Below, in pieces: positions 20,336-31,364 of a stretch of DNA of 64,000 bases. Below the pieces are notes generated by a model. That model did not search any database. It saw nothing but the letters and a program-made list of their open reading frames with translations, and was not told the DNA's origin. The position numbers were made by a program, and so were the translations under genes. Numbering within the stretch: the first letter of the stretch is position 1; each line of letters begins with the position of its first letter. Origin of the DNA: Candidatus Bathyarchaeota archaeon (lineage in GTDB: Archaea; Thermoproteota; Bathyarchaeia; Bathyarchaeales; Bathycorpusculaceae); the NCBI GenBank assembly GCA_963707955.1, contig OY970176.1, positions 1,312,001-1,376,000 of the forward strand, in the 5' to 3' direction.

Positions 20336-22568
20336 GTGAAGGTAACGGACTTACCCATACCAGAAACCGTTAAAGAACTCGTAATCAGGTCTGGAATCGT
20401 TGAACTTTACCCTCCGCAGGAAGAAGCCATAAGAGACCGGAGCTCTTGAAGGAAAAAACCTCGTTCTGGCAAGCCCCACCGCTTCTGGAAAAACTCTGGT
20501 CGCCGAGTTTTGTGCCCTTAAACACATCTTGGAGAAGAACGGGAAGACCGTTTACCTGACGCCGCTCAGGGCTTTGGCGAATGAAAAGTTCGATGAATTC
20601 AGAAAATACGCGACGATAACGAAGAAGGATGGAAGAAAAGTCAGAATAGGCATAAGCACAGGCGATTTTGACAGCACAGATCCCTGGCTGGAAAGGTATG
20701 ACATAATCATAACCACGAACGAGAAGGCAGACTCGCTTCTGAGACACAGGGCCAAGTGGATGGACGAAATCAGCCTCGTGGTCGCCGACGAAGTGCACCT
20801 GCTAAATGAAGCTGAGCGAGGGCCAACTCTCGAAGTTGTCTTGGCGAGGCTCATGCAGGTCAACCCGGATGTTCAAATCTTGGCTCTAAGCGCAACGATA
20901 AACAACGTGGATGAAATCGCAGGATGGCTCAAGGCACAACACGTCACCACTGAGTGGCGCCCCGTGCCTTTAAAGGAAGGAGTCTTGCTCCACGAGGAGA
21001 TTCAATACAAAGACGGCGACGCCCGGAAAATAGAAAAGAGAGCAAGAGATGCCGTCACAAACTTGGCACTGAACACGATCAAGACAGGAGGCCAAGCGTT
21101 GGTCTTCGCGTCAACGCGGAAAAATGCCGTGACACTTGCTAAGAGGATGGCGACTGAAGTTGTCGGAGTCCTATCTAAACCCGCAAGGCGTTCTCTAGAA
21201 CACGAAGCAGAAAGGATCATGTCGACGGGAGAAAGAACAAGGCTCGGCGAATCCCTCAGCGAACTGGTCAAGTGCGGTACGGCCTTTCACCACGCGGGCC
21301 TAGCTGGTGGACATCGAAGAATAATAGAAGATTCTTTCCGAGAGGGAAAAATAAAGGTGCTGACGGCCACGCCAACGCTCGCCTTCGGCGTGAACCTTCC
21401 TGCCAGAACGGTCATCATCCAAGATTACAGACGATATGAGGCTGGGTACGGCTACTACCCCATCAGCGTGTTAGAGTATAAACAGATGGCTGGCAGAGCT
21501 GGAAGACCCAAATACGACAAGACAGGTGAAGCCATACTCGTAGCCAAGACCAGTGACGAAGCAGACTATCTTATTGAAAGCTACATCCTTGCAAGACCAG
21601 AGCGCATTTGGTCGCGACTTGCAGTCGAGAGGATAATGAGGTCTCACGTGCTCGCAACCATCGCTGCAGACTTCGCTCACACTGAAAACGGAATCTACGA
21701 GTTCTTCGGCAAGACCTTCTACGCTTACCAGTACGACATAGAAGCGATCAAGAGCATAGTCGCAAAGATTCTCAAGTACCTGTACGACGAGGAGATGATT
21801 GAAGTCTTCGCCGAAAACATCAACGCAACAAAGTTTGGAAAACGCGTCAGCGAACTTTACATAGACCCAGTCTCAGCTGTCATAATCCGCGATGCGCTAA
21901 GCCGAAAACCCGCGTACCTGACAGACGTCAGTCTTCTGCACATGATCTCTCACACGCCTGACATGAGCCCCGTGCTGAGACCTTACACGAACGAGATGGA
22001 CCAAGTGACACTGTTCATGGAGGAACACAGAGAAGAGTTCCTGATAGCCCCCCCAGACGAATGGGAAGACAGGATATCCTACGAACAGTTTCTCGGCGAA
22101 GTCAAGACGGCCATGACACTCAAAGCATGGATCGAGGAGACAAGCGAAGATTGGCTGATCGAAAAGTTCAGGGTGCAGCCCGGCGACCTCTACAGGACGC
22201 TTGAAAGTGCGAAGTGGCTGCTCCACGCCACACATGAACTGACTCTTCTATTCGGCAACAAACAGGCTTTAACCCAGACTCTTGAAACACAGCAGAGAGT
22301 TGAGAAAGGAGTTAAAAAAGAGCTGCTGCCGCTTGTGAAGCTTGAAGGAGTTGGCAGAGTCCGCGCCCGCATACTCTTCAACTCTGGGTATAAAACGATT
22401 GATGACATCAAACGCGTCCCGATTGACCAACTCCAAAACCTCCCGCTTATCGGACCCAAACTGGCGAAGAAGATAAAGGAGCAGGTCGGCGGCTTCGTGA
22501 AAAAAGAAACATGGGAAAAGCTGGAAAGAGAAGACGAATGGAAACAGAAAGCGCTCACCGAGTACTAG
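20336..22568 (+). CDS. hel308: Hel308/Hjm Ski2-like DNA helicase (+1 frameshift at 20436, probably a sequencing error)
   Basis: LYPPQEEAIRAG, SPTASGKT, DEVH, SAT, QMAGRAGR, C-terminal HhH. Confidence 0.92.
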
Positions 22569-22727
22569 CGCGCGCTTCAATTGCACTTGAACCCTTGCGC
22601 GGTTTGTTTTCGAAAAGAAATTTCACTAGGGCCTCCGTGGGCACTGGTTTCTCCAAGAATTCGGCTCCAACCTCATACACTCTGCAGTATCTCTCATCGT
22701 AGGCACGCGCGTCATACGAGTACTTAC

Positions 22728-24095
22728 TCATGCCTGCCCTCTACTCTTACGCTCTCTCTTCGTCTTCTTGACCATAAGGTCGACTTGCCTTGCCGCGGTG
22801 CCCAAGTAGTTCTTCGGGTTCAAAGCTGCATCGACCTCTCTCTTTGTCAGCTTTTGACTTACTGTCGAGTCTTCGAGAAGAACTTCCCCGAAACCTCGTT
22901 TTTCAAGCTCGCTTTTTATGGTCAGTTTCCTGAGAAGCTCATGAGCCGCTTGCCGATTCACACCCTTTCTTGTAAGCACCACCATAACAGCTTCCGACAT
23001 ATAGCGCCCTTGAGTTACCTCCATGTTCTTGAGCATGCGTTCCTCATCAACCCGCAGGCTACTCACTATGTTATTCATCAGGAACAGCAGGTAGTCTGTC
23101 AAGATACACGTTTCTGGGAGAAGAAAGCGTTCAGTAGATGATTGAGTCAAGTCTCGTTCATGCCAGGTTGTAACATCTTCCAAAGCTGGCACGACTAGGC
23201 TTCTCACGATTCGAGCCAAGCCGCAGACTCTTTCGCACAGCTCGGGGTTTCGCTTTTGAGGCATCGTTGAACTTCCAACTTGCTTCTCAAGTTCGAAGTA
23301 CTCAGAGAGTTCACCGATCTCGGGCCTCTGCAACTCTCGAATTTCGGTGGCAAAATTTTCCAGCGAAGATGCAATCAAAGCCAGCACGCATGTGAGTTCA
23401 GCATGACGATCTCGCTGCACAATCTGCGTTGAAATATCGGCGGCGCATATCCCTAGTCTCTGCATGACAAGCTCCTGAATCTTCATTGCATGCTCTCCCA
23501 GACCGGCCTGCGTGCCCACTGCACCGCTCATTTTTCCAACCAAAACGCGCTCTCTGCACTGTCTGAGCCTCTGCATATGCCTTGAAACTTCACGCATCCA
23601 AACCGCGAACTTGAAGCCAAGCGTTATGGGCAAAGCGTGCTGGCCATGCGTTCTGCCAACCATCAACATGTGCTCGTACTGCAAAGCCTTGTCGATCAAG
23701 GTTTTTTCGAAGCTGCCTAGTTTTTTCTCGATCAATTCCAGAGCGTCCTTCAGCTGCAAAGCGTTAGCTGTGTCCACAATGTCGTAGCTCGTGGCTCCAA
23801 GGTGAACATACCCGCCGCTTGAACCGCAGGCCTCTGCTAAAGCTCTGACGAGTGAAGCAACATCATGCTTTATTTCACGTTCAATCTCCTTGATGCGGGT
23901 CAGTTTCACATGCTTCAGTGAAGCAGTTGCCTCGATCTTCTCGGCGTCCTCTTGCGGTATGTCACCGACCTCAGCGTGTGCCCATGCCAAAGCGGCTTCG
24001 ACGTCGAGCATTTTTTGAACGCGGCTCTCTTCTTCGAAAATTCTCCTCATTTCCGCTGTTCCGTAACGACCCGTATCAATTGGGAGAATAGGCAA
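22728..24095 (-). CDS. purB: Adenylosuccinate lyase
   Basis: HDV, GRTHGQHA, GSSTMPQKRNP. Confidence 0.95.
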   Translation of the reverse strand: MPILPIDTGRYGTAEMRRIFEEESRVQKMLDVEAALAWAHAEVGDIPQEDAEKIEATASLKHVKLTRIKEIEREIKHDVASLVRALAEACGSSGGYVHLGATSYDIVDTANALQLKDALELIEKKLGSFEKTLIDKALQYEHMLMVGRTHGQHALPITLGFKFAVWMREVSRHMQRLRQCRERVLVGKMSGAVGTQAGLGEHAMKIQELVMQRLGICAADISTQIVQRDRHAELTCVLALIASSLENFATEIRELQRPEIGELSEYFELEKQVGSSTMPQKRNPELCERVCGLARIVRSLVVPALEDVTTWHERDLTQSSTERFLLPETCILTDYLLFLMNNIVSSLRVDEERMLKNMEVTQGRYMSEAVMVVLTRKGVNRQAAHELLRKLTIKSELEKRGFGEVLLEDSTVSQKLTKREVDAALNPKNYLGTAARQVDLMVKKTKRERKSRGQA

Positions 24096-24188
24096 GGCTG
24101 CAAATCCCTCGCAGATAAACTACATCGATTAAAGATTAATGTTTTACCGAACTACTACATACCCACATGAACGGATGGGTCTTCTAGA

Positions 24189-25652
24189 ATGGGCGCGATA
24201 ACAGCTGTTCTTCAAAAGAAAGGCCAAGATGCAACAAAAACAGCGTTGGAAATGCTGAAAACGATGAAGGGCACGAACATAGAAGCCTACGGAATAGGCT
24301 CAGGAGCGACGATTGAAGTAAAGAGAGCCTTGGATCAGTTTCAGAATCAAAAAACAGAATCGTCAATAACTATTGGGTATGCCTTTTCCAGAATTCTCGA
24401 ACGAGATAGAACTCAACCATTGCGCTTACAAGACGCAATCATAGTTTTTGATGGAAGAATCTTTCCAGCAGACGAACTAAAGTGTGATGCAGAAATCTTT
24501 GCACTCAAGTTATCAAGAAATCGAGAAGAAAACGCCAAGACATTTATCAAGCAAACTGAAGGCGACTTCGCCTTTGCAGTTGCTGAACAGGAAAGGCTCA
24601 TCGTCGGCAGGGACAGCCTGGGTTTACGCCCCCTCTACTATGGAGAGAACAATGTCTTGGCGGGCTTAGCTTCTGAACGCAAGGCACTATGGAAGATTGG
24701 AATACAACACGTGGAATCGTTCCCTCCAGGTCACGTGGCTCTAATAGGCAAAAGCGGCTTCAAATTCACTCTGGCAAGAACAGTTGTCCACTCAGAGCCA
24801 AAAAAGGTCACGATGGAAACTGCTTCTAGAAGACTCCGAACTCTACTGGAACGAGCCGTGAGGGAAAGAGTTGCAGGATTAAGAGAGGTAGCAATCGCGT
24901 TTTCAGGAGGCCTGGACAGCAGCATGCTAGCGTTCTTTGCCAATAGGACTGGAGTCAGAGTCGAACTCGTGCATGCAAGCATGAAAAACCAAGATGAAAC
25001 GGAGCATGCAAAAAAGATGGCTGACGAGCTTAAACTGCCATTTCACTCCGTCTCGCTAACTGAGGATAACGTGCTCGAAGCTCTCCCCATCGTCCTGTCT
25101 CTGATCGAGGAACCCGACCCCGTCAAAGCGAGCATCGGCATCCCTTTCTACACTGCAGCAGAGAAAACGGCAGAAATGAAAATCAGAGTAATGTTGGCAG
25201 GTCAGGGTGCAGACGAGCTTTTCGCAGGTTATAAACGGTACGTTGACGATTATATTCTGAAGGGAAGAGAAAAAGCAGAAGAAACGATTTTCAGAGATAT
25301 TGTTGGGATGCACAGGAACAACTTCGAAAGGGACATGAAAATCTGCAACTTTCACGGTGTCGAAATGAGACTGCCTTTCGCAACGTATGAGATCGCGAGG
25401 TTCGCAGTTGATTTGCCCATTGAGCTGAAGATTCAGCCAATGGAAACCACGTTGAGAAAGCTTGTACTGAGAAATGTGGCATGCACCCTTGGACTTCCAC
25501 AGTTGATAGTGGAGAGACCTAAGAAAGCGGTGCAATATTCGACAGGGATAAATCAGAGTCTTAAGAGAGCCGCAAGACGGAACCATCAGACACTGAAACA
25601 ATACGTGCAGGAAAAATTCCAAGCCGACGTGAAAAAGATGATGCAAAGTTGA
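24189..25652 (+). CDS. Asparagine synthetase B-like protein lacking the N-terminal Cys
   Basis: RDSLGLRPLY, FSGGLDSS, GQGADELFAGY; starts MGAI. Confidence 0.8.
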   Translation: MGAITAVLQKKGQDATKTALEMLKTMKGTNIEAYGIGSGATIEVKRALDQFQNQKTESSITIGYAFSRILERDRTQPLRLQDAIIVFDGRIFPADELKCDAEIFALKLSRNREENAKTFIKQTEGDFAFAVAEQERLIVGRDSLGLRPLYYGENNVLAGLASERKALWKIGIQHVESFPPGHVALIGKSGFKFTLARTVVHSEPKKVTMETASRRLRTLLERAVRERVAGLREVAIAFSGGLDSSMLAFFANRTGVRVELVHASMKNQDETEHAKKMADELKLPFHSVSLTEDNVLEALPIVLSLIEEPDPVKASIGIPFYTAAEKTAEMKIRVMLAGQGADELFAGYKRYVDDYILKGREKAEETIFRDIVGMHRNNFERDMKICNFHGVEMRLPFATYEIARFAVDLPIELKIQPMETTLRKLVLRNVACTLGLPQLIVERPKKAVQYSTGINQSLKRAARRNHQTLKQYVQEKFQADVKKMMQS

Positions 25653-25763
25653 ATAGCGAACAGGGTGAACAGGTTAAAAAGCAAGTGAAAAAAAGTCTAC
25701 AGAAGCTCTTGTGGCCCTACGTTAGCACCGTGCGAAGGATGTTCAATTAAGTAAGGCTCGCGG

Positions 25764-25946
25764 TCACTCGACCACTTGGATCGCTGTCTCTGGGCATTGG
25801 ACTTCACATGCTCTGCACACCAGACATTCTTCAGGTTTTACCGGAACCGATTTTCCATCTTTGACCTCGTAGACGGCCACTGGGCATGTATCAACGCATG
25901 TTCCACAACCTGTGCATTTAGCATTGTCAATCACTATCTTCACCAT
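25764..25946 (-). CDS. 2x[4Fe-4S] ferredoxin
   Basis: Two CxxCxxCxxxCP motifs. Confidence 0.95.
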   Translation of the reverse strand: MVKIVIDNAKCTGCGTCVDTCPVAVYEVKDGKSVPVKPEECLVCRACEVQCPETAIQVVE

Positions 25947-26014
25947 TTCTCATTCCTTCTGATGTGAGAATTTCTTTCAGAGCGAAGCAGCAGAATAAAA
26001 GGGTTTAGGTGCAT

Positions 26015-27760
26015 TTAGCCAGTTTCTTCACGTAATCTTAGGAGGACCCCGTTCATGGTTGCTTCGGCCTTTTCTTTTCTGCGCTGGTAATCCCCTAGGA
26101 GTTTTCGGTATGCTTCCAAGGAAAGTTCTCCGCGGCTGTGACGTGCTTCGATAGTCTTGACGCTAGATTCGACCTCATTCATTCCGGTCTCTGCCACTTC
26201 AAGTTCACGCATCAAACCTGCGTAGTGACCGCCCGCCGACCTCATCCTTTCCCTGCTTTCGTTCAAGCTTCTAGACACTGCGTTAAGACGCGTTTCCAAG
26301 GTTCTTCGTTGCACTTTGTACCGTTGCCTGGGTAACTTGCCTTTCCTAGCTTTGCTTTCAAGAGAATCGATTTCAGAAGCTATCTTCATCCTCTCCTCGT
26401 ACGACTCCACGAAAGACCTGATGTATTCCGGACGAATCCTCATGCCCGCCGTGCCTACGGCGGCGACAGGTATCGGAGCTTTAGGCCTCCTCAAAACCAC
26501 AACTGCCAGACAGCCGACCATTGAGAGGGCCAAAGCCCATATGGTAGACGCATAGCCTAACCATAACGGGCTGTAATCATAAACTATTCTGACGCTGAAG
26601 TTGTCTAACGAGAACACGCTCTGAGCGCTTATAAAAACCTCTTCCTGGAAGACATTCTTGCTAGTACCGTATGAGCCGCCAGCCAAAGAGTCTTCAAACG
26701 ACTGCAACGTTGCACCTTGAGGCAAGACGAAGGTCACCGTTGTTTTATTGATGTAGTAGTCCAAGTCTTCGAACATGGTCATACTCAGAGCAAAACTGTT
26801 GGCTCCACCCTGCTGCTGAAGATAGATTCCACTTGGCAAGCTATAGGTTACGGTGAACAAGGTTGATCTCGCAGGGTCCACAGCTGTCGAAAAAGTGATT
26901 GTGTAGCTGCTCACGTTGGCAACAGTCTGCGTTGGCGGGAGCATCGTTCGGCCAAATTGATCCTGCGCGTTCACCTGAGTTGCGTCTGGAGGCAAAAGAA
27001 CTTCAACAGAACTCAAAGTGCTGTTCACCTCCGTATTCGTTACGTAGTAGGAATCTGTACCCGTTATATCTCCAACCGGACTTACACTTATCTGGCGGTT
27101 AAGCTGGTTCACATCATAAAGTTGCATCGCACTATTAGCAACGTTAAACACCTCAGTTGACGAGTTGTAAGCAAACGCGGCTAAATTCGTCTGTGAATAA
27201 GTCAAATTATTCATCGTCCCCCCGACTAAGACTGAGCTTGTAGGCAAGACTATTGAACCGTTGAAGGTGTCAGCAGATGTCACTAGACTCGGAAACATGG
27301 GAAAAGCAACAGCAAACAATGTGGCATTGTCAGGGTCTTGCTCAATCAGAGCGCTTGAAAACAAGACTTGAACGCTGAAGGCTTGTGGCGCACCATTTGA
27401 AAAATCAACCTCTATGCCGTAGAAGCCGACGTGATCTTCCAAAGGCACGCTTAGGCTAACGGGAAAAGTGTTAGATGTGTTACTAGCGTCTGAAGCGACA
27501 CAACGGAGAACATAAGAGCCAAACGTGTACGGGAAACCGAGCAGAAAACTTGGCGGCACTTGCCCAGACAACGTCAGCGTATCATTCATCAGAACAAAAC
27601 CATTAGACAAGACGCTTATCGTATGATTGACGTTTTGCACTTCATAATTCGCATCTGCCCTAACGCTTCTGGCGTTGAACGACATTGAGACAGAGAATAT
27701 CATGGCCACAACCAGCAATGTGAACACCCATGTTGCCTTTCTCAAGCCGTTATCCTCCAC
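26015..27760 (-). CDS. Secreted type-I membrane protein with ribophorin-I-like ectodomain and cytoplasmic coiled coil
   Basis: Signal peptide, beta-rich repeats (VLLPPDA, FVLPQGA), TM helix, charged helical tail. Confidence 0.5.
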   Translation of the reverse strand: MEDNGLRKATWVFTLLVVAMIFSVSMSFNARSVRADANYEVQNVNHTISVLSNGFVLMNDTLTLSGQVPPSFLLGFPYTFGSYVLRCVASDASNTSNTFPVSLSVPLEDHVGFYGIEVDFSNGAPQAFSVQVLFSSALIEQDPDNATLFAVAFPMFPSLVTSADTFNGSIVLPTSSVLVGGTMNNLTYSQTNLAAFAYNSSTEVFNVANSAMQLYDVNQLNRQISVSPVGDITGTDSYYVTNTEVNSTLSSVEVLLPPDATQVNAQDQFGRTMLPPTQTVANVSSYTITFSTAVDPARSTLFTVTYSLPSGIYLQQQGGANSFALSMTMFEDLDYYINKTTVTFVLPQGATLQSFEDSLAGGSYGTSKNVFQEEVFISAQSVFSLDNFSVRIVYDYSPLWLGYASTIWALALSMVGCLAVVVLRRPKAPIPVAAVGTAGMRIRPEYIRSFVESYEERMKIASEIDSLESKARKGKLPRQRYKVQRRTLETRLNAVSRSLNESRERMRSAGGHYAGLMRELEVAETGMNEVESSVKTIEARHSRGELSLEAYRKLLGDYQRRKEKAEATMNGVLLRLREETG

Positions 27761-27902
27761 TGCGTTCCCAAAGATTTAGGCTTCCTATCTATTGATGAGC
27801 CCATTTATTTACTTTTGGAGATAGACCACATACGTCACGTATATACTTACCCATCGAAGGGAACAATGAGAATCAGTACTTAAAATTTAGGCGCTTTTCT
27901 CG

Positions 27903-28250
27903 TCAGAGTTCCCCGTGTCTTAGGTAGTAGTCCTCTTCTTTCTTCGCTCCGAAGTTTCTGACACCTTTCTCCTTCAGCTGCTCTTTCAGCTTCTGAGCGT
28001 ACAGTCTATCGATTTCGCCTCTCTTTTCCATGAAATCTATGATCCGCTCTGCCTGCTCCGGCGTGTCACATCTCCGAATAAAGTCTACGACGTCAGGTAC
28101 ATAGTGAACGAAGGTTTCTCTCGTGGCATGTCTTTCTCCAGCCTCATTGTCTGTTCGAACAGAGTTAACTGAGACCTTGTTCTCGCCTGATCCCAATTCT
28201 TGGGCCAGGTTCGGAAACATCTTCTTGAAGGCTTTCTTTTCGAGCTCCAA
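27903..28250 (-). CDS. DUF2095 family protein
   Basis: FKKMFPNLAQEL, PDVVDFIRRC, GVRNFG..KE..YY. Confidence 0.75.
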   Translation of the reverse strand: MELEKKAFKKMFPNLAQELGSGENKVSVNSVRTDNEAGERHATRETFVHYVPDVVDFIRRCDTPEQAERIIDFMEKRGEIDRLYAQKLKEQLKEKGVRNFGAKKEEDYYLRHGEL

Positions 28251-28349
28251 CGTTGCACCTCGAGTACCAGCCGTGTTTCTTCACGCATCTATGGAAAACG
28301 CAAATATTTAAACGTCTTTTTTGGCCCGTCATCATATGGACATAGGCTT

Positions 28350-28973
28350 CTACCTTTCAGGAGGAACAAACCTACGAGTTGGGGTTTCTTCAAGGATTTT
28401 CTGAAGTTCTCGCAAGCGGAGACCGACTATTTCGTCGCCGTATATTTCGCATTTCTCGCTGAGACAGGCTTCGTCTGGACTGTGAACAATAATTTCAACT
28501 TGCTCTTTGATCGGAGACTCTGTATGAATGTGGAAGGAACCTTTCTTCTTTCCCCGCTTCGTAACGTTGACCCATTCAGCCCGTTGAATCTTTAAGCCGG
28601 TTTGTTCAACCGCCTTCAAAACTTCTCCAGGTTCGTCATGATGGACTATTATGTCCAAGTCGCTGTCATGGTGAATTGTGCCACGCCACACGCTTCCAAC
28701 CAGCACGGGGTCGAACCTCTTCAGAGTAGTCATGATCCTGAAAGCTTCTTTGCGCATCCTGACTAATCTTTCCTGTCTAGCAGCCCCTTCATTCTCCTCT
28801 GCGATCCTGTCAATTTCCATGGCAACCTCAAGGTTTGTCGGCATGAAGTGAAGCCCAAACGTTTTTGCAGCCTTCAACTTCGCCTGCTTGTACTCTTTCT
28901 CAACTCCGTTGTAAAGAAGATTAGCAGCTTCTATGGTGACCTTCTTTCTTGAACTCACAGAATCGGCGGTCAA
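28350..28973 (-). CDS. Nucleotidyltransferase-domain protein
   Basis: GSVWRG....SDLD; EYKQAK. Confidence 0.75.
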   Translation of the reverse strand: MTADSVSSRKKVTIEAANLLYNGVEKEYKQAKLKAAKTFGLHFMPTNLEVAMEIDRIAEENEGAARQERLVRMRKEAFRIMTTLKRFDPVLVGSVWRGTIHHDSDLDIIVHHDEPGEVLKAVEQTGLKIQRAEWVNVTKRGKKKGSFHIHTESPIKEQVEIIVHSPDEACLSEKCEIYGDEIVGLRLRELQKILEETPTRRFVPPER

Positions 28974-29015
28974 CGCGTCACCGAAGAAAAACTGCGTTCA
29001 ACGCGGAACTTAAGC

Positions 29016-30269
29016 TTAGCGCTTGAGAATCTGCTCATAAAGTTCCAACGTTTTCTCAGCTATCTTGTCCCACGTGAACTCGCTCAGAACCCTGCGTCTA
29101 CCGTTTTTCCCAAGCCATTTCCTTTTCTCATCACTTTCGAGGGCGCTGTTTATGCCCCAAGCGATGTCCGACGGGTTGTTCGGGTCAATGTGGTAACCAC
29201 ACTGTTCCTCACCGCAGCAGACAACTATCTCTCGCATCCCACTGATGCCAGCGGCGCCCACTACGACTGGACGCTCCATGCTCATCGCCTCCAGAACCAC
29301 TATTCCGAAAGGTTCATAGAAGCTTGGGAAAACCGCAACGTCACAGGTTGCATAGTGAAGGATGCGCTCCTCCTCAGGAATGAACTCAAAACGAAACTTT
29401 ACGAAATCACTCATCCTCGTAGCTTTAACCAGGTTCACCAAGTATTCCTGAAGGTCGCCGAGACCAACGATTACGAGTTTCGCCTTCGGGTTTTTCTGCA
29501 AGATGTGCGGCAACGCCATCACAAGCTTATCAACACCTTTAACGCCCACAAGCCTGCCTATGAAGAGAATCATGAAATCGTCATCCTTGATGCCGTACAA
29601 TGCTCTAACCTTCTTGACCTGATCGGCAGTCACGGTCGCCGGGTCGTATTTCTGCGGGTCAACTCCATTGTAGGCAACCTGGATTTTCTCTTTCGGAAAC
29701 CCTAGGCCTATCAGCTCATCCTTCATCGCATAAGAAACTGTCACGATCAAGTCAGCTGCTCTTGCCGCGTGAAGCTCGATGTTGCTCACCGTGATAGATC
29801 CGTTTCCAAGCGTTCTTCCTTTCTCCGTTGAGTGAACGTGAAACGCAAAAGGCAATCCTGCCTCTTTCTTAACAGTCATTCCGCCTATAGCTGAAAGCCA
29901 GTCATGAGCAACGATAAGGTCGAATTTTATGCCTTCCTTTCTTATCAGCTCATTAACGAGTTTTGCAGCGCTAAGATAATTGTACACGAGGATTTTTGAG
30001 AACAGCTGAATCCCCCTGCCCCACTTCTTTATATCCTCTGCAACTACGTCAGGCAGTGAGTCAGAAATGTCAATGTGCAGCGGCCGATGAATTTCGATAC
30101 CACGCCATATCTCCCGCGTCGGTAAACTGCCAGCATCATCATTCATCGTGAAAACTGTAACATCGTTGTCTGTCAGGACAAATTTCCTAGTGATCTCAGC
30201 CGCGTAAGTGCCCAAGCCGCCAACGATCTTCGGAGGGTACTCGTAAACGAGGACAGACAGCTTCATCAC
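29016..30269 (-). CDS. GT4 glycosyltransferase (glycogen/alpha-glucan synthase-like)
   Basis: EYPPKIVGGLG, HDW, HSTE, GRL...KG, EPFGIVVLE. Confidence 0.88.
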   Translation of the reverse strand: MMKLSVLVYEYPPKIVGGLGTYAAEITRKFVLTDNDVTVFTMNDDAGSLPTREIWRGIEIHRPLHIDISDSLPDVVAEDIKKWGRGIQLFSKILVYNYLSAAKLVNELIRKEGIKFDLIVAHDWLSAIGGMTVKKEAGLPFAFHVHSTEKGRTLGNGSITVSNIELHAARAADLIVTVSYAMKDELIGLGFPKEKIQVAYNGVDPQKYDPATVTADQVKKVRALYGIKDDDFMILFIGRLVGVKGVDKLVMALPHILQKNPKAKLVIVGLGDLQEYLVNLVKATRMSDFVKFRFEFIPEEERILHYATCDVAVFPSFYEPFGIVVLEAMSMERPVVVGAAGISGMREIVVCCGEEQCGYHIDPNNPSDIAWGINSALESDEKRKWLGKNGRRRVLSEFTWDKIAEKTLELYEQILKR

Positions 30270-30503
30270 TTTTCACCAGTCCACTCTAACAACAATTCCT
30301 TAATGGTTATTGAACAATGGTTTATTTACCTTGCTCACTCAGCATACACTTCAGACCGCATTGACGACCATCCACCCCCGAATAGACGCCTTCTCAGCCT
30401 AGAAGCAGAAACATCAAATTGTCATTCAAGGCAGATTCCCAAATTGGAAAATTGTGAAAAACCTATTAGGTAGGTGCGACACAATTAGGTGAAGTGCAAC
30501 AGC

Positions 30504-31052
30504 ATGAGTGTATCACCTGTTAAACGTTTGATTCTTGAAACCATGTGGATGCTTGACAAGCCCGCAAAAGTGACGGAAATAGCCAAAGACACGGGTGTGA
30601 AATTTCCTGCCGTCATGATGCACATCCTAGGACTCAGCACGATGCAATGCGTAGCCTCGCCTGAAAAGGGGATCTATGTCATAACAGAGAAGGGAAAGAA
30701 GACTCTTGGCATTCCAGAGGTTGACAAGGAAAAAGCAGCCGAAATCTTGAGATATTTACCCGCGGAAAAATCGTTCCACTTCTACGCAGACGTTGGAAAG
30801 CCCTTGAACGTTTTCGCGGCGAGCCTCGGAGACTTCTGCGAAAAGATACAGAGAATCGACATCGGCTCGATAGAGTTTCACATAAACCGTGGAGATTTTG
30901 AGGCATGGTTCACTGACTTGGGCGACATTGAACTGGCGAGGAAAACACTGCTCGTCAGAGAGCAGAAGATGAACGCGGAAGACCTTCGAAAGAAACTCTA
31001 CGAGATCGCAAAAAAACGATGTGAAGAGTTGGCCAAGGTTAGAGGTGCTTAG
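30504..31052 (+). CDS. wHTH + DUF5752-like domain protein
   Basis: N-terminal wHTH ending YVITEKG; FHFY...ASL.DF...SIEFH..RGDF..W. Confidence 0.7.
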   Translation: MSVSPVKRLILETMWMLDKPAKVTEIAKDTGVKFPAVMMHILGLSTMQCVASPEKGIYVITEKGKKTLGIPEVDKEKAAEILRYLPAEKSFHFYADVGKPLNVFAASLGDFCEKIQRIDIGSIEFHINRGDFEAWFTDLGDIELARKTLLVREQKMNAEDLRKKLYEIAKKRCEELAKVRGA

Positions 31053-31306
31053 GACCGCGCTGAACTAGGCTGGCTAAACCGTTTCTTCAGCCTCTTCAAC
31101 ACTTGTCCCAGCGTTGTGTACTCCGTTTCTTCAGTTTTATAAGCGCCGTTGGATGATTGATCGAGAACAGACTTTGCTGGCCATGCTGAAAAAGGGGAGC
31201 AGAGGCAACGAGAAAAACAATTGGTTTTTCGAGAGCGGCAGGAGCCGTGAAGCTCAGAGTCAGCTTGAGAGGCGGGTAGGCAAGAATGAACGTGTTTGTT
31301 GGGTTT

Positions 31307-31364
31307 ATATCTGAATCCAAATATCCATGGTACGTTGAAACCGAGGAGGGGAGGGATCCCTAGC
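31307..31364 (+). repeat. 58-bp non-coding element with imperfect palindrome and G-string (copy A)
   Basis: 52/58 identical to the reverse complement of 62367-62424. Confidence 0.9.

Noticed and set aside
20336-20528. Programmed frameshifting or pseudogene status of hel308, gmhA, GH57 and the RLAN gene
   Set aside because: There are no slippery heptamers, and single-base indels at one motif are better explained as sequencing errors.
22581-23141. Long antisense ORFs (e.g. 22581..23141, 25056..25646, 38479..39048, 62967..63530)
   Set aside because: They are shadows of well-supported genes on the opposite strand.
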